A DNA stretch of 64,000 bases from an uncultured Collinsella sp. (GCA_902491915.1 CABUJL010000001.1:35-64034), one strand, 5' to 3'. Shown: positions 1-11,475, counted from the first letter of the stretch. The notes: generated by a model not told the origin, from the sequence alone. Numbers and translations: made by a program.

Positions 1-136
1 CGCGAGAGACAGTCGCCTGCGTGCAATCAAAGCCCATAGCGCGGAGCTCATCGACCAGCACGCGCTGCGTGCGGACGTCCTTATTGCGCACAATATCTCT
101 AATGGCATCCTGGCGCCCATTGCGTTTTTTAGCCAT
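1..136 (-). CDS. argR: Arginine repressor, N-terminal part (runs off the window edge)
   Basis: Manual translation from the ATG at 136: [45 protein letters not shown], with the TQATVSR wHTH motif of ArgR. Confidence 0.9.
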   Translation of the reverse strand, partial: MAKKRNGRQDAIRDIVRNKDVRTQRVLVDELRAMGFDCTQATVSR

Positions 137-180
137 ACAAACCCTCTCTCCAAAAGATGGTGGAGACAATCAATCAGTGA

Positions 181-248
181 TTGAATAGTTTAACGCTATT
201 TGAAGGCTTTTGTGTATAAGAACGCATTTCGAAACAATTCTATGCAAA
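181..248. promoter_or_regulatory. AT-rich argR upstream region with ARG-box-like sites
   Basis: TGTATAAGAACGCA (213-226) and nearby degenerate TGAAT/ATGCA half-sites upstream of argR. Confidence 0.35.
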
Positions 249-262
249 TTTGTTTCGAAATG
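225..262. repeat. 13-bp inverted repeat (terminator or operator)
   Basis: CATTTCGAAACAA (225-237) / TTGTTTCGAAATG (250-262), just past the glycosyltransferase stop. Confidence 0.6.
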
Positions 263-268
263 AGCCGT

Positions 269-1309
269 TTAGGCGGTTTTTGCGCCCGTCCGGTTAAGAA
301 AAGCTGCCAGATGCGTACACATCACGCAGCGCGCGGGCTTGGCGCTGGCGATCGGCCCAAACAACAGACCGAGTCCCCGATGGTTGTCCTTGAGCGCGGC
401 GACCATCTGACGGGTTCGAGGCGCCTCGAGCATATCACGCATGCGGGCGGAACGCTCAATTGACGACACCCCATGCGGGCTCAGACACAAATTCTCGATG
501 CAGGCGACCAGTCCGGCAAAGTAGAACTTTTGGCTTGCCAGCTTGAGCCGACCACCGCTATCTGCTTCCGAGAGTGAGTCCGCAAGCTCGTCGAGCGCTC
601 GAGTGTCATCGGATATCCTGGCATACATGGTGGGATCAAAGGCATCTGTAAGCTTAGGTGCCACCGCGTGGAAACAAGCGTCGCCGCAGCCGGACACGAA
701 TCGTGCCTGCGAGAGCGCATAAGCCATAAACTCAACCGTACGGTACGCCTTGCCGCGCGACAGGCATGCCTCAAACAGCGAGCGGCTGTACATCACGCCA
801 GAGGTCTGAGCGACTAGGCCGCCTAAAATCAACTGAGGTAGCCCGGCCACCATCGAAGATTTGCTATCAATGGAAATATGAGTAGCATCCAAGACGCGCG
901 AATGGCGCTCTCGATGTGCATCATAGCTGTCGAGCGACACCGTGGGGAACACCATGTCTGCCGCAGTATCGCACGCGATATCGACCATCTTGGAAAGAGA
1001 CTGCGGAGCAAACCACTCATCGGCGTTCATGGCGATGATTTGAGAGCCGCGCGAGGCAGCAAAACCGGCACGAAGACAAGCGCCGCGCTTCGCGTCCTCG
1101 ACGTCAATCAAATCAATATGGATGTCCCTGTCGGCGGCAACTTGAAGCGAATGGCGCACACCGGGCGCAGCATCGCGGCAGACAACAACAATCTGCAAAT
1201 CGTAGAGGTCTTGGTTCTGGATACTCTCGAGCGCACGCATCGCATAGCTGGGCGAACCTTCTACCACAAGGATCACCGAAAGTCGCGGATGCGAGCCACG
1301 TCGAACCAA
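269..1309 (-). CDS. GT2-family glycosyltransferase-like protein (degenerate motifs)
   Basis: LSVILVV...ALESIQNQ...IVVV N-terminus of the GT-A fold; the DxD position reads NAD. Confidence 0.7.
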   Translation of the reverse strand: MVRRGSHPRLSVILVVEGSPSYAMRALESIQNQDLYDLQIVVVCRDAAPGVRHSLQVAADRDIHIDLIDVEDAKRGACLRAGFAASRGSQIIAMNADEWFAPQSLSKMVDIACDTAADMVFPTVSLDSYDAHRERHSRVLDATHISIDSKSSMVAGLPQLILGGLVAQTSGVMYSRSLFEACLSRGKAYRTVEFMAYALSQARFVSGCGDACFHAVAPKLTDAFDPTMYARISDDTRALDELADSLSEADSGGRLKLASQKFYFAGLVACIENLCLSPHGVSSIERSARMRDMLEAPRTRQMVAALKDNHRGLGLLFGPIASAKPARCVMCTHLAAFLNRTGAKTA

Positions 1310-1470
1310 GTTATCCGTCCTCTCGACAGCAATAAATCAAACCGTGGTTCATGGTACACCCCGGCAATAAAAGCAATGAGACACCAGTTGTATTGCACGT
1401 CAAGAACAGATGTTGCACACGCGCAGCCCACAGATGACAGGTGTCGACGCACGACGCGTCGAGCCCTCCC

Positions 1471-2310
1471 CTAGTCGAGCACGACAAGCTCGGCGGGATC
1501 GTAATCCACGCCCATAAACGTAAGGCCGCAGGCAGGAGCCGTGGGGCCCGCAGCGGTACGGTCGCAAGCATCGATGACCTCGCGCATCCACTCGGGTTCA
1601 CGGCGATGCATGCCAATCTCGACAAGCGTGCCCACGATCGTGCGGACCATCGAATGCAAAAATGCGTTGGCCTCAATGGTAAACGTCAGGATATCCTCGC
1701 CAAAGGCCACCTCATGGCCAAACTCGGCCCGCATCACGCAGCGGTGCGTAGGCTTGCCCACGGCAGAGGCGACCTTGCAAAAGCTCTTAAAGTCCTGCTC
1801 ACCCAAAAGCGCGGGACAGGCCGCAGACATGGCCTCGACGTCCAAGGGATAGCGATGCCACCACACGGCACCACGGGACAGCACGGGGCGCGCATCGCGA
1901 TCGGCAATACGGTACGTATACGTACGGGAACGCGCGTCAAAGCGTGCAGAAAAGCCCTTACGGGCCCTGTAGACCTCGTTTATGGCGATATCTTTAGGCA
2001 GCAGGGCATCCATAGCCCGCAGCCACCTACGGCGCGTAAGGGCGAGCTCAGCGTCCGTTACGGGCACGCTGATGTACTGAGCCACGGCATGCACGCCGGC
2101 ATCGGTACGACCTGCGCACGTCAGATCGATCGGACGGCGAAGCAGCGTCTCGATGGCTCGACGCAGCTCACCCGCAACCGTCGTCTGTCCCGGCTGCTCG
2201 GCAAATCCGCTATACGACAAGCCATCATAGGCCACGCGAAATACGAGCGTGGCGTCAAGCTCGGAAATCGAATTGAAATCAGACGGCGCAGTCATGGGCG
2301 CTCCCAACAA
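1471..2310 (-). CDS. truA: tRNA pseudouridine(38-40) synthase
   Basis: AYDG, AGRTDAGVHA, FSARFDARSRTYTY, FLHSMVR motifs; follows rplQ; true start may be the ATG at 2295. Confidence 0.95.
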   Translation of the reverse strand: MLGAPMTAPSDFNSISELDATLVFRVAYDGLSYSGFAEQPGQTTVAGELRRAIETLLRRPIDLTCAGRTDAGVHAVAQYISVPVTDAELALTRRRWLRAMDALLPKDIAINEVYRARKGFSARFDARSRTYTYRIADRDARPVLSRGAVWWHRYPLDVEAMSAACPALLGEQDFKSFCKVASAVGKPTHRCVMRAEFGHEVAFGEDILTFTIEANAFLHSMVRTIVGTLVEIGMHRREPEWMREVIDACDRTAAGPTAPACGLTFMGVDYDPAELVVLD

Positions 2311-2330
2311 ACAAGTAACGGTATCGCGAC

Positions 2331-2361
2331 AAAAAAAGAGGGGTACGCGAACGTACCCCTC
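2331..2361 (-). terminator. Rho-independent terminator after rplQ
   Basis: GAGGGGTACG-cgaa-CGTACCCCTC stem followed by T7 on the minus strand. Confidence 0.85.
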
Positions 2362-2387
2362 GAATATAGCCTATGCAGACGGAATGT

Positions 2388-2855
2388 CTACTCAGCGGTC
2401 TCCTCAGCAGGAGCCTCCTCGACAGCCTCGACCTTCTTGGGAGCAGCGGCCTTCTTGGGGGCCGGAGCAGCCTTCTTGGCCTTAGGCGTGCAAGGCTCGG
2501 TGACGAGCTCCATGATAACGATGGGAGCGTTGTCGCCCTTACGGTTACCGAGCTTCATGATGCGGGTGTAACCGCCGTTGCGGTCCTGCCACATGCCCTG
2601 GGCAGCCTTGTCGAAGATCTCGGCAACGAGCTGCTTATCGCCGAGCTTGGCGATAGCCAGACGACGAGAGTGCAGGTCGCCCTTCTTGGCCCAAGTGATG
2701 ATCGGGTCGACGACCGAACGCAGCGCCTTAGCGCGGGTCTCGGTGGTCTTGATGCGGTCGTTCTCGAAGAGGGCCTTAGCAAGGCTCTTCTTCATGGCCT
2801 TGGTGTGGCTCGCATCGGTGCCGAGCTTCAGGCCCTTCTTAACGTTGTGACGCAT
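2388..2855 (-). CDS. rplQ: 50S ribosomal protein L17
   Basis: MRH...RIKTTETRAKALR...RNGGYTRIMK. Confidence 0.98.
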   Translation of the reverse strand: MRHNVKKGLKLGTDASHTKAMKKSLAKALFENDRIKTTETRAKALRSVVDPIITWAKKGDLHSRRLAIAKLGDKQLVAEIFDKAAQGMWQDRNGGYTRIMKLGNRKGDNAPIVIMELVTEPCTPKAKKAAPAPKKAAAPKKVEAVEEAPAEETAE

Positions 2856-2885
2856 GGTCTAGTTTCTCCTCAAATATGCGAAGCA

Positions 2886-3827
2886 TTAAGCCTTCAGGCT
2901 CAGGCCCATGGACTCAAGCTTGTCCTTCACTTCCTCGATCGACTTAACACCGAAGTTACGGATGTTGAGCAGATCGTTCTCCGAGAACTCAACGAGCTGA
3001 CGGACCGAGTGAATGCTGGCGCGCTTAAGGCAGTTGTAGGAACGGACGGAAAGGTCCAGATCCTCGATCTGCTTGTCCAGCTCGGCGTTGTCGTTGGTGA
3101 CCTCGGGAGCGAAGATCGAAGCCTCCTCCTCGACCTCGGGGGTCTCGGCAAGGTTCATAAATGCGGCCATATGCTGGTTGATGATATTGGCAGCCTGGAC
3201 CACGGCGTCGCGCGGGGCGATGGAGCCGTTGGTCTCGATCTCGAGGACAAGGCGGTCGTAGTCGGTGTGCTGACCGACACGGCAAGCCTCAACGAGCTTG
3301 GCGCAACGGGAAACCGGCGAGTACAGCGAGTCGACGTGGATCACACCGATGGGATCGTTGTCGCGCTTGTTGGCCTCGCCAGAAACATAGCCGCGGCCAT
3401 AGCCGATGCGCATGCTCATGGTGAGATGGCCACCCTCGGTGAGCGTAGCGATGTGCTGCTCGGGGTTGACCAGCTCAAACTCGGACGGAATAAAGAAGTC
3501 CGCACCGGTGACCTCGCAGGGGCCGTCAACCGAGATGGTGGCGGTCGCCTCGTCGGTCGTGCCGAGAGCCCTGAAGACAAGACCCTTGACATTCAGGACG
3601 ATGTCGGTGACATCCTCGACCATGTTAGGGATGGTCATGAACTCGTGCTGCGCACCATCGATCTGAATAGCCTCGACGGCGGCACCCTCGAGCGAGGACA
3701 GAAGAACGCGACGAAGGGAGTTACCCAGAGTATCGCCGTAGCCACGCTCGAGCGGCTCGACGGAGACACGAGCAGACGTCTCGTTGATCTCTTCGACCTG
3801 AACCTGAGGCCTAATGAATTCTGACAT
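2886..3827 (-). CDS. rpoA: RNA polymerase alpha subunit
   Basis: EPLERGYGDTLGNSLRRVLLSS, LSVRSYNCLKRA. Confidence 0.99.
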   Translation of the reverse strand: MSEFIRPQVQVEEINETSARVSVEPLERGYGDTLGNSLRRVLLSSLEGAAVEAIQIDGAQHEFMTIPNMVEDVTDIVLNVKGLVFRALGTTDEATATISVDGPCEVTGADFFIPSEFELVNPEQHIATLTEGGHLTMSMRIGYGRGYVSGEANKRDNDPIGVIHVDSLYSPVSRCAKLVEACRVGQHTDYDRLVLEIETNGSIAPRDAVVQAANIINQHMAAFMNLAETPEVEEEASIFAPEVTNDNAELDKQIEDLDLSVRSYNCLKRASIHSVRQLVEFSENDLLNIRNFGVKSIEEVKDKLESMGLSLKA

Positions 3828-3859
3828 GTATTACCTCCAGCCTCAGCAGCCCGGATGGA

Positions 3860-4456
3860 CTACTTAGAGTAGAGCTCGACGATGAGCTGCTCGTTGATAT
3901 CACCGCTGATCTGCTCACGCGTCGGCAGAGCGAGCACGTTACCAGACAGCTTCTCGATATCGACCTCGAGCCAGCCAGGGACCTCAAAGCGCTCGGAGGA
4001 AATCAGGGCCTCCTTGATGGGAAGGAGGTCACGGAACTTCTCGCCGACAGCGACGACGTCGCCGGCCTTGACGCGGTAGGACGGGATGTCCACGCGCTTG
4101 CCGTTCACGGTGAAGTGACCGTGACGGACGGACTGACGAGCCTCTTTGCGGGTGCGGGCGAAGCCAAGACGGAAGACGACGTTGTCGAGGCGAGACTCAA
4201 GGATGATCATGAGGTTCTCACCGGTGACGCCGTTCATCTTGCGGGCCTTGTTGAAGTAGCCGTGGAACTGCTTCTCCAGAACGCCATAGATGAACTTGAC
4301 CTTCTGCTTCTCGCGCAGCTGCATGCCGTACTCAGATTCCTTGCGACGGCGCTTGGGCTGACGGATAGATTCCTTCTTGCTGCTGTAACCGAGCTCAGCG
4401 GGATCGATCCCGAGCTGACGGCAGCGCTTAAGAACAGGAGTCCTGTCGATTGCCAT
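3860..4456 (-). CDS. rpsD: 30S ribosomal protein S4
   Basis: SEYGMQLREKQK, LESRLDNVVFRLGFA, IVELYSK. Confidence 0.98.
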   Translation of the reverse strand: MAIDRTPVLKRCRQLGIDPAELGYSSKKESIRQPKRRRKESEYGMQLREKQKVKFIYGVLEKQFHGYFNKARKMNGVTGENLMIILESRLDNVVFRLGFARTRKEARQSVRHGHFTVNGKRVDIPSYRVKAGDVVAVGEKFRDLLPIKEALISSERFEVPGWLEVDIEKLSGNVLALPTREQISGDINEQLIVELYSK

Positions 4457-4475
4457 ATTGATACGATCCTTTCAG

Positions 4476-4880
4476 TTACACGCGGCGACGCTTCTTGGGG
4501 CGGCAGCCGTTGTGCGGAATGGGGGTCTTGTCCTGGATGCTCGAGACCTCGAGGCCAGCAGCCTGGAGGGAGCGGATGGCGGTCTCACGACCGGAGCCGG
4601 GGCCCTTGACGAAGACGGAAACCTTCTTCATACCGTGCTCCATGGCCTGCTTGGCAGCAGCCTCGGCAGCCATCTGGGCAGCGAACGGCGTGGACTTACG
4701 GGAGCCCTTGAAGCCCACCTGGCCAGCCGACTTCCAGGAAATGACGTTGCCCTGGGGATCGGTGATCGAAACGATCGTGTTGTTGAACGTAGAACGAATG
4801 TGAGCCTGGCCCACGGAAATGTTCTTACGGTCCGCGCGCTTCAGACGGGCAGCGCGAACGTTCTTCTTAGCAGTAGCCAT
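4476..4880 (-). CDS. rpsK: 30S ribosomal protein S11
   Basis: [30 protein letters not shown]. Confidence 0.99.
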   Translation of the reverse strand: MATAKKNVRAARLKRADRKNISVGQAHIRSTFNNTIVSITDPQGNVISWKSAGQVGFKGSRKSTPFAAQMAAEAAAKQAMEHGMKKVSVFVKGPGSGRETAIRSLQAAGLEVSSIQDKTPIPHNGCRPKKRRRV

Positions 4881-4894
4881 CTATCTAGCGCTCC

Positions 4895-5269
4895 TTATTT
4901 CTTCTTCTTAGCACCGATCTGACGCTTCGGGCCCTTGCGGGTACGAGCGTTAGTGTGGGTGCGCTGGCCGCGGACCGGGAGGCCCTTGCGGTGACGAAGG
5001 CCGCGGTTGCAGCCGATGTCCATAAGGCGCTTGACGTTCTGGTTGCGCTCACGGCGGAGGTCGCCCTCAACCATGATCTGGTTCTTATCGATATAATCGC
5101 GGATGGCGTTAACCTCATCCTCGGTGAGGTCCTTAACGCGCGTATCCACGTTAACGTTGCACTCGACGCAAATCTTCGTCGCAGTGGTGCGGCCGATGCC
5201 GTAAATGTAGGTCAGACCGATCTCAACGCGCTTCTCACGCGGGAGGTCGACACCATTAATACGGGCCAA
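4895..5269 (-). CDS. rpsM: 30S ribosomal protein S13
   Basis: [30 protein letters not shown] start. Confidence 0.98.
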   Translation of the reverse strand: MARINGVDLPREKRVEIGLTYIYGIGRTTATKICVECNVNVDTRVKDLTEDEVNAIRDYIDKNQIMVEGDLRRERNQNVKRLMDIGCNRGLRHRKGLPVRGQRTHTNARTRKGPKRQIGAKKKK

Positions 5270-5283
5270 CGTAGTCTCCTCTC

Positions 5284-5397
5284 TTAACCCTGACGCTGCT
5301 TATGACGGGGGTTCTCGCAAATGACGAGGACCTTGCCATGGCGCCTAATGATTTTGCACTTATCGCACATCTTCTTGACCGAAGGACGTACCTTCAT
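5284..5397 (-). CDS. rpmJ: 50S ribosomal protein L36 (Zn-binding type; absent from the ORF track)
   Basis: Manual translation [37 protein letters not shown]. Confidence 0.98.
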   Translation of the reverse strand: MKVRPSVKKMCDKCKIIRRHGKVLVICENPRHKQRQG

Positions 5398-5547
5398 CGT
5401 TCTTCCTTTCGGTAGCGCTCAAACTACTTCCCTACTATCTACTCGCCCAGCCGCAGGCGTTTAAAACTATGGCTGGTCTTCACACACAATCCGACCGTAG
5501 GTTGAGCTAAGCCTGCAGTCGGAAATGGAGTGCGTGTATGCGTGCCG

Positions 5548-5766
5548 CTATTTGTAGCGATAGGTGATGCGGCCGCGGGTCAGGTCGTACGGGGAAAGCT
5601 CCACGACAACCCTGTCACCGGGGAGAATACGGATGTAATTCATTCGGATCTTGCCAGAAATGTTGCACAGAACCGAATGACCGTTCTCGAGCTCGACCTT
5701 AAACATGGCATTGGGCAGCGGTTCCTTTACCGTACCCTCGAGCTCAATTGCGTCTTCCTTCTTCAC
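5548..5766 (-). CDS. infA: Translation initiation factor IF-1
   Basis: KEDAIELEG...[35 protein letters not shown] start assumed. Confidence 0.97.
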   Translation of the reverse strand: MKKEDAIELEGTVKEPLPNAMFKVELENGHSVLCNISGKIRMNYIRILPGDRVVVELSPYDLTRGRITYRYK

Positions 5767-5870
5767 AAGCAATCATCTTTCTCTAGAAAACGACAGCGAT
5801 TGAGTATTCTACAACACGTATGCACGCATCGTAATAACTTCGTAATGGCTCCACAACTAAGTGGAACTTG

Positions 5871-6659
5871 TTACATTTCTCCGCCTTGGAGCGAACACCA
5901 AGCACCTTGCGCATCCGTGGTGAGAATCACCGGACCGTCATTGGTGATGGCGACGGTGTTCTCGTAGTGCGCGGCGGGCAGATGGTCGTTGGTCGTAACA
6001 ATCCAACCGTCGGAGCCCGTGCTCACATGGTTGGAACCCATCGTAACCATCGGCTCGATGGCAATGACCATGCCGGCTTGGAGGCGAACGCCCCTCCCCT
6101 TCTTTCCATAGTTAGGAACGTTGGGGTCCTCGTGCATCACGCGGCCAATGCCATGGCCCACATAATCACGAAGCACACCGTAACCGTGAGACTCGGCGAG
6201 GGACTGAACGGCATAACCGACGTCCCCGATATGGTTACCGGGAACAGCCAGCTCGATGGCAGCCTTAAGGCAATCGCGCGTGACCTCGCACAAAGCCTTG
6301 GCTTCGGGCGTGGGGGTGCCGACGAAAAACGTCCAAGCGTTATCGCCGACCCAACCGTCGACAACGGCTCCCGTATCGATGGAGATGATATCGCCATCGC
6401 GCAGGATCATGTCGGGGTTGGGAATACCGTGGACCACGGCATCGTTGATCGATGCGCAAATGGTCCCCGGGAACCCGCCGTAACCCTTAAAGGCCGGGGT
6501 GCCGCCATGCATGCGGATAATCTGCTCCGCGAGCTGATCGAGCTCAAAGGTGGAAACGCCGGGGCGCACCATGGCTCCAACGTGGCGGAGCGCCATCTTA
6601 GATAGCGCTCCTGCCTTCTTCATCTGCTCGATTTGCGTTGCAGACTTAATCTTGATCAT
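5871..6659 (-). CDS. map: Methionine aminopeptidase type I
   Basis: VVHGIP, GHGIG..MHEDP, IEPM, AAHYENT. Confidence 0.97.
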   Translation of the reverse strand: MIKIKSATQIEQMKKAGALSKMALRHVGAMVRPGVSTFELDQLAEQIIRMHGGTPAFKGYGGFPGTICASINDAVVHGIPNPDMILRDGDIISIDTGAVVDGWVGDNAWTFFVGTPTPEAKALCEVTRDCLKAAIELAVPGNHIGDVGYAVQSLAESHGYGVLRDYVGHGIGRVMHEDPNVPNYGKKGRGVRLQAGMVIAIEPMVTMGSNHVSTGSDGWIVTTNDHLPAAHYENTVAITNDGPVILTTDAQGAWCSLQGGEM

Positions 6660-7282
6660 AGACCGAGAGCCTCTTTGACATCCCCGTACACGGTCTCGCG
6701 AGCCTGGTCACCGTTGACCGACTTGAGCAGACCCTGGCCACGATAGTAGTCGACGAGCGGGCTCGTGGACTTCTCGTAGACGTCGAGACGGTTCTTGATG
6801 GTCTCGGGCTTGTCGTCGTCGCGCTGATACATCTCGCCGCCACACTTGGGGCAGGTAGCATCGGCAGCGGTGCCGGTGTAACCGCATGCGCGGCAGGTGC
6901 GACGCGAAGACAGACGATCGATAATGACCTCGGGGGCCACATCGACCAGAAGGGCGCAGTCGATCTCGCGACCCATGGCGGAGAGCTCGGAATCGAGTGT
7001 CACAGCCTGGGCGGTGTTGCGCGGGAAGCCGTCGAGGATGAAGCCCTGCTGGGCGTCATCGGCGGCAAGGCGCTCCTTGACAAGGTCGATCACGAGCTGG
7101 TCGGGAACGAGCTCGCCAGCGTCCATGTACTTCTTAGCCTGAATACCAAGCTCGGTGCCACCCTTGACGGCAGCACGCAGCAGGTCGCCCGTGGAAATAT
7201 GGGCGACGCCAAACTCGGCGACGAGCTCCTGTGCGACGGTGCCCTTACCGGCACCCGGAGCTCCGAGCAATACGAGGTTCAT
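6656..7282 (-). CDS. adk: Adenylate kinase (Zn-lid)
   Basis: GAPGAGKGT, HISTGDLLR, LDGFPR, CxxC...CxxC lid. Confidence 0.98.
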   Translation of the reverse strand: MNLVLLGAPGAGKGTVAQELVAEFGVAHISTGDLLRAAVKGGTELGIQAKKYMDAGELVPDQLVIDLVKERLAADDAQQGFILDGFPRNTAQAVTLDSELSAMGREIDCALLVDVAPEVIIDRLSSRRTCRACGYTGTAADATCPKCGGEMYQRDDDKPETIKNRLDVYEKSTSPLVDYYRGQGLLKSVNGDQARETVYGDVKEALGL

Positions 7283-7300
7283 GAGCAATCCTCCTCTAGC

Positions 7301-8587
7301 CTATTTAAAGAATCCATCATAATCATACATCTTGATCTGGCCTTCGAGCTTATCGACCGTGTCGAGCACGACGCCGACCATGATGAGGATGGACGTGCCG
7401 CCAAATGCCTGGATCAGATGGTTACCCGTGAAGGAGAAGATGATCGAAGGCACGATGGCGATGAGCGCCAAAAAGACAGCGCTGGGAAGCGTGATCTTGT
7501 TGAGCGCGTTCTTGATGTAGGCCGCGGTAGCCCTACCCGGACGGACGCCCGGAATAAAGCCGCCCTGCTTCTTAAGGTTATCGGCCGTGTCATCGGGGTT
7601 GAACACCATGGAGGTGTAGAAGTACGCGAAGAACACGATGAGGACAACGTTAAGCACCCAGTTGAGCCAACCGGTCGAAAGCGCGGAGGCAACTGCCTGA
7701 ATCCAGCCGATGCCGGGGAAGAACACGGCAATCTGAGCCGGGAAGTACAGCAGCGCCGAAGCGAAGATGATCGGCACGACACCCGCGGTGTTGACCTTGA
7801 TGGGCAGGTAGGTGGTCTGGCCACCCATCATGCGACGGCCCACGACGCGCTTAGCGTAGGAGACCGGGATGCGGCGCTGGCCGCGCTCAAGGAAAACAAT
7901 CAGCGGGATAACCAGCAGGATGATGGCGCAGATGATCACCATGGTGATGATGCCACCGGCATTGCCCTCGGTGCTGGAGAAGATAGCCTGCGGTAGACCG
8001 GCCATGATGTTCGCGAAGATGATCAGCGACATGCCATTGCCGATACCGCGCTGGGTGATGAGCTCACCAATCCACATGATCAGCATGGCGCCCGCGGTGA
8101 GCGTGCCGACAATCATGAGGTCGAAGATGATCTCGGGAGCGCCGGCACCATTGAAGCTGATGCCGAAGCTCTTAAAGAGGAAGAGGTAACCCACGGAGTT
8201 GAGGATTGCCAGAGCCAGGGTGAGGTAACGCGAATACTGCGTAATCTTGGTCTGACCGACCTCGCCCTCGCGGGCAAGCTCATGCAGGGAAGGCACAACG
8301 GCCTGGAGCATCTGGAGGATGATCGAGCTGGTGATGTAAGGCATGATGCCCAGCGAAAACACCGACACATAGCTCAACGCGCCGCCAGAGAAAAGATTCA
8401 GGAGGGCCATAGCACCTGCGGCGACCGAATTGTTATCGGTCGAGAAAAGGCCCAGCATCCCCTGGAAGGGAATGCCGGGCACAGGAACGTGCGCACCAAT
8501 GCGGTACACGACGAGCATAGCTATGGTAAAAAGAATCTTTTCGCGCAATTCTTTGATGCGGAAAGCATTCTTAAGACCATTTAGCAC
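7301..8587 (-). CDS. secY: Preprotein translocase SecY
   Basis: [38 protein letters not shown]. Confidence 0.99.
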   Translation of the reverse strand: MLNGLKNAFRIKELREKILFTIAMLVVYRIGAHVPVPGIPFQGMLGLFSTDNNSVAAGAMALLNLFSGGALSYVSVFSLGIMPYITSSIILQMLQAVVPSLHELAREGEVGQTKITQYSRYLTLALAILNSVGYLFLFKSFGISFNGAGAPEIIFDLMIVGTLTAGAMLIMWIGELITQRGIGNGMSLIIFANIMAGLPQAIFSSTEGNAGGIITMVIICAIILLVIPLIVFLERGQRRIPVSYAKRVVGRRMMGGQTTYLPIKVNTAGVVPIIFASALLYFPAQIAVFFPGIGWIQAVASALSTGWLNWVLNVVLIVFFAYFYTSMVFNPDDTADNLKKQGGFIPGVRPGRATAAYIKNALNKITLPSAVFLALIAIVPSIIFSFTGNHLIQAFGGTSILIMVGVVLDTVDKLEGQIKMYDYDGFFK

Positions 8588-9030
8588 GGCAGCTCGACCT
8601 TTCCGCCGGCGGCCTCGATCTTGGCCTGCGCAGAAGCGCTGACCTTGTCGACCTTGACCGTGAACTTCTTGGTGAGCTCACCATTGCCGAGCACCTTGAC
8701 GGGCTCGAACTCGCTCTTGGTGATGCGAGCGGCCTTAAGAGCGGCACCGTCGATCACAGCGCCGTCCTCGAACTTACGCTCGAGACGCTCAACGTTAACA
8801 GCGGTGTACTCGATACGACGGGGGTTACGGAAGCCCGGAAGCTTGGGCAGGCGCATAGCCAGCGGAGTCTGGCCACCCTCGAAGCCGGCACCCTTGGTGC
8901 CGCCAGAGCGGGAACCCTGGCCCTTCTGACCGCGGCCAGAAGTGGTGCCGTGACCCGAAGAATTGCCACGGCCGACGCGCTTGCGGTTCTTGGTGGAACC
9001 GGGCGCGGGAGTAAGATCGTGAAGCTGCAT
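8581..9030 (-). CDS. rplO: 50S ribosomal protein L15
   Basis: [25 protein letters not shown]. Confidence 0.98.
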   Translation of the reverse strand: MQLHDLTPAPGSTKNRKRVGRGNSSGHGTTSGRGQKGQGSRSGGTKGAGFEGGQTPLAMRLPKLPGFRNPRRIEYTAVNVERLERKFEDGAVIDGAALKAARITKSEFEPVKVLGNGELTKKFTVKVDKVSASAQAKIEAAGGKVELPC

Positions 9031-9033
9031 TTG

Positions 9034-9216
9034 CTACTCCTCTACAATCTCGACAAGGTGCTTGACCTTGAAGATCATGCCGCGGACGGACTCGTTGTCA
9101 GCAATCTCGCGAACCTCGCGGATCCTGTGGAGACCGAGGGCACGGACAGTACGGACCTGGTCCTGCTTGCAACCGTTGGTGCTGCGGACCTGCTTGATCT
9201 TGATGGTGTCAGCCAT
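9034..9216 (-). CDS. rpmD: 50S ribosomal protein L30
   Basis: 60 aa, RALGL.RI, RGMIFKVKHLV; spc gene order. Confidence 0.96.
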   Translation of the reverse strand: MADTIKIKQVRSTNGCKQDQVRTVRALGLHRIREVREIADNESVRGMIFKVKHLVEIVEE

Positions 9217-9218
9217 GC

Positions 9219-9743
9219 TTAGTTCTCCTTACCGACGAACATCTCGGAGACCGTCAGGCCACGGCGAGCCGCGACGTCCTCAGGGCTGGAGAGCTCCTTG
9301 AGGCCCTCGACGGCAGCCTTGATGATGTTGAGGCCGTTGTCGGTACCGAGGGACTTGGACAGGACGTTCTTGATGCCAGCAAGCTCAAAGAGGGGACGCA
9401 CAGCGCCGCCGGCGATAACGCCGGTACCCTCGACAGCGGGCTTGATGATGATGCGGCCGGCACCAAAGTGGCCGAGAACCTCGTGCGGGATGGTGCCCTG
9501 CTCGGTCACCGGCACGTGGAACATGTTCTTCTTGGCATCGAGAGATGCCTTGGAGATGGCCATGGGCACCTCAGCGGACTTGCCCATGCCAACGCCGACG
9601 TTGCCCTTGCCGTCGCCAACGACGACGAGAGCGACGAGGCTCATGCGACGACCACCCTTGACGGTCTTCGACACGCGGTTGATGTAAACGACGCGCTCCT
9701 CGAACTCGGAGGCCTCGCGCTGCTGCTTCTGATTACGAGCCAT
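9219..9743 (-). CDS. rpsE: 30S ribosomal protein S5
   Basis: [20 protein letters not shown]. Confidence 0.98.
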   Translation of the reverse strand: MARNQKQQREASEFEERVVYINRVSKTVKGGRRMSLVALVVVGDGKGNVGVGMGKSAEVPMAISKASLDAKKNMFHVPVTEQGTIPHEVLGHFGAGRIIIKPAVEGTGVIAGGAVRPLFELAGIKNVLSKSLGTDNGLNIIKAAVEGLKELSSPEDVAARRGLTVSEMFVGKEN

Positions 9744-9757
9744 GTGCTACATACCTC

Positions 9758-10126
9758 CTAGAACTCGAGACCGGCGGCACGAGCACCGTCGGCGAGGGCC
9801 TTGACGCGGCCATGGTAGATACGGCCACCGCGATCGAAGGCGACCTTGGTGATGCCGGCCTCGATGGCGCGCTTGCCAACGAGCTGACCGACCTTCTCCG
9901 CAGCCTCCTTGTTCGAGGTGTGGGTGCCCTTGAACTCGGCCTCGAGGGTCGAGGCGGAGACGAGCGTCAGGCTGGAGCCCTTGCTGTCGTCGATGATCTG
10001 GGCATAGATGTTGGCGTTAGTACGGGTCACGCGAAGACGCGGACGCTCGGAGGTACCCGAGACCTTGCCGCGAACACGACGCTGACGACGCTTGAGGCCT
10101 TCCAGCTTCGCCTTATGCTTGTTCAT
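9758..10126 (-). CDS. rplR: 50S ribosomal protein L18
   Basis: [23 protein letters not shown]. Confidence 0.98.
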   Translation of the reverse strand: MNKHKAKLEGLKRRQRRVRGKVSGTSERPRLRVTRTNANIYAQIIDDSKGSSLTLVSASTLEAEFKGTHTSNKEAAEKVGQLVGKRAIEAGITKVAFDRGGRIYHGRVKALADGARAAGLEF

Positions 10127-10201
10127 ACGTAAACTCCTAAAAAGGTTGATCTTGCCAGCACCTGACGGGGTGCTGGTCTTATGCGAGTGAGTCGGTTACG
10201 A

Positions 10202-10738
10202 CTACTTGGCGGCCTTACCCAGCTTGCGGCGGATGTGCTCGCCAACGTAGTGGATACCCTTGCCCTTGTAAGGCTCGGGAGGACGATGGCCGCGGATCTC
10301 AGCGGCGATCTGACCGACCTGCTGCTTGTTGATACCCTTGACGTTCACGTGGGTGTTGTCGGGAACCTCGAAGGTGATGCCCTCGGGAGCCTCGACGATC
10401 ACGGGGTGCGAGAAGCCCAGGGAGAACTCGAGGTTCTTGCCCTTCTGCTGCACGCGGTAACCGACGCCGGCGAGCTCGAGCTTCTTCTCGAAGCCCTCGG
10501 AAACGCCAACAACCATGTTGTGGATGAGGGCGCGGGTGAGGCCGTGGCGGGCACGGGTCTCACGCTCGTCGTCGGGACGGGAAACGGTGAGGACGTTGTC
10601 CTCGACGTTGATAGCGAGCTTCTCAAAGACATCGAGCTCGAGCTGGCCCTTGGGGCCCTTGACAACAACGTTGTTGCCGTTGACTGCCACTTCGACTCCG
10701 GCGGGAATCTGGACAGGCTTATTACCGATACGAGACAC
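10202..10738 (-). CDS. rplF: 50S ribosomal protein L6
   Basis: [19 protein letters not shown]. Confidence 0.99.
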   Translation of the reverse strand: MSRIGNKPVQIPAGVEVAVNGNNVVVKGPKGQLELDVFEKLAINVEDNVLTVSRPDDERETRARHGLTRALIHNMVVGVSEGFEKKLELAGVGYRVQQKGKNLEFSLGFSHPVIVEAPEGITFEVPDNTHVNVKGINKQQVGQIAAEIRGHRPPEPYKGKGIHYVGEHIRRKLGKAAK

Positions 10739-10771
10739 GGTGATCTCCTTTCCTTCTACCTACCGAGCGAA

Positions 10772-11170
10772 TTACCAGACGTAAGCGATGATCTCGCCGC
10801 CGACGTTGTGCTTGCGAGCATCGCGGTCGGTCATGACGCCATGGCTGGTGGAAATAATGGCGGTACCAAGGCCACCGCGGACGCGGGGCATGTCGGCAAC
10901 GCCGGTGTACTTACGCAGGCCCGGCTTGGAAATGCGGCGGATGCCGTTGATGACCTTAGCCTTCTTGGGACCATACTTAAGCGTGATGTGCAGAGTCTTC
11001 TGGGGAACGGTGTCCTCGACATCGTAGCCCTCGATGTAGCCCTCCTCGTGCAGAACACGAGCGATCTCGACGAGCTTCTTGCTGCTCGGCATGGAGACCG
11101 TGGCCTTGTTCACAGAGTTAGCGTTACGGATGCGCGTAAGCATATCTGCGATCGGGTCTGTAAGGTTCAT
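10772..11170 (-). CDS. rpsH: 30S ribosomal protein S8
   Basis: [21 protein letters not shown]. Confidence 0.99.
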   Translation of the reverse strand: MNLTDPIADMLTRIRNANSVNKATVSMPSSKKLVEIARVLHEEGYIEGYDVEDTVPQKTLHITLKYGPKKAKVINGIRRISKPGLRKYTGVADMPRVRGGLGTAIISTSHGVMTDRDARKHNVGGEIIAYVW

Positions 11171-11289
11171 ACAGATTCTCCTTCGTTCTTGATGAACACG
11201 TGCTCTTGGTTCTTCGCCGCCCTTAACGGCAAAGCCTTTTTAGCGCGTTTTCCCTGTTCCAAACTGATGCTTGAAACGCTGGTAGTGAC

Positions 11290-11475
11290 TTACCAGCTGG
11301 CCTTCTTAACGCCGGGAAGCTCGCCCTTGAGTGCAAGCTCGCGGAAGCAGACACGGCACAGGCCGAACTTGCGGTACACAGAGTGCGGACGGCCGCAGCG
11401 CTGGCAGCGCGTGTACTCACGAGTAGAGAACTTCTGCTTGCGATTGCACTTGACGATCATCGATGTCTTAGCCAC
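11290..11475 (-). CDS. rpsZ: 30S ribosomal protein S14 type Z
   Basis: 61 aa, RCQRCGRP...GLCRVCFRE...PGVKKASW. Confidence 0.97.
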   Translation of the reverse strand: MAKTSMIVKCNRKQKFSTREYTRCQRCGRPHSVYRKFGLCRVCFRELALKGELPGVKKASW

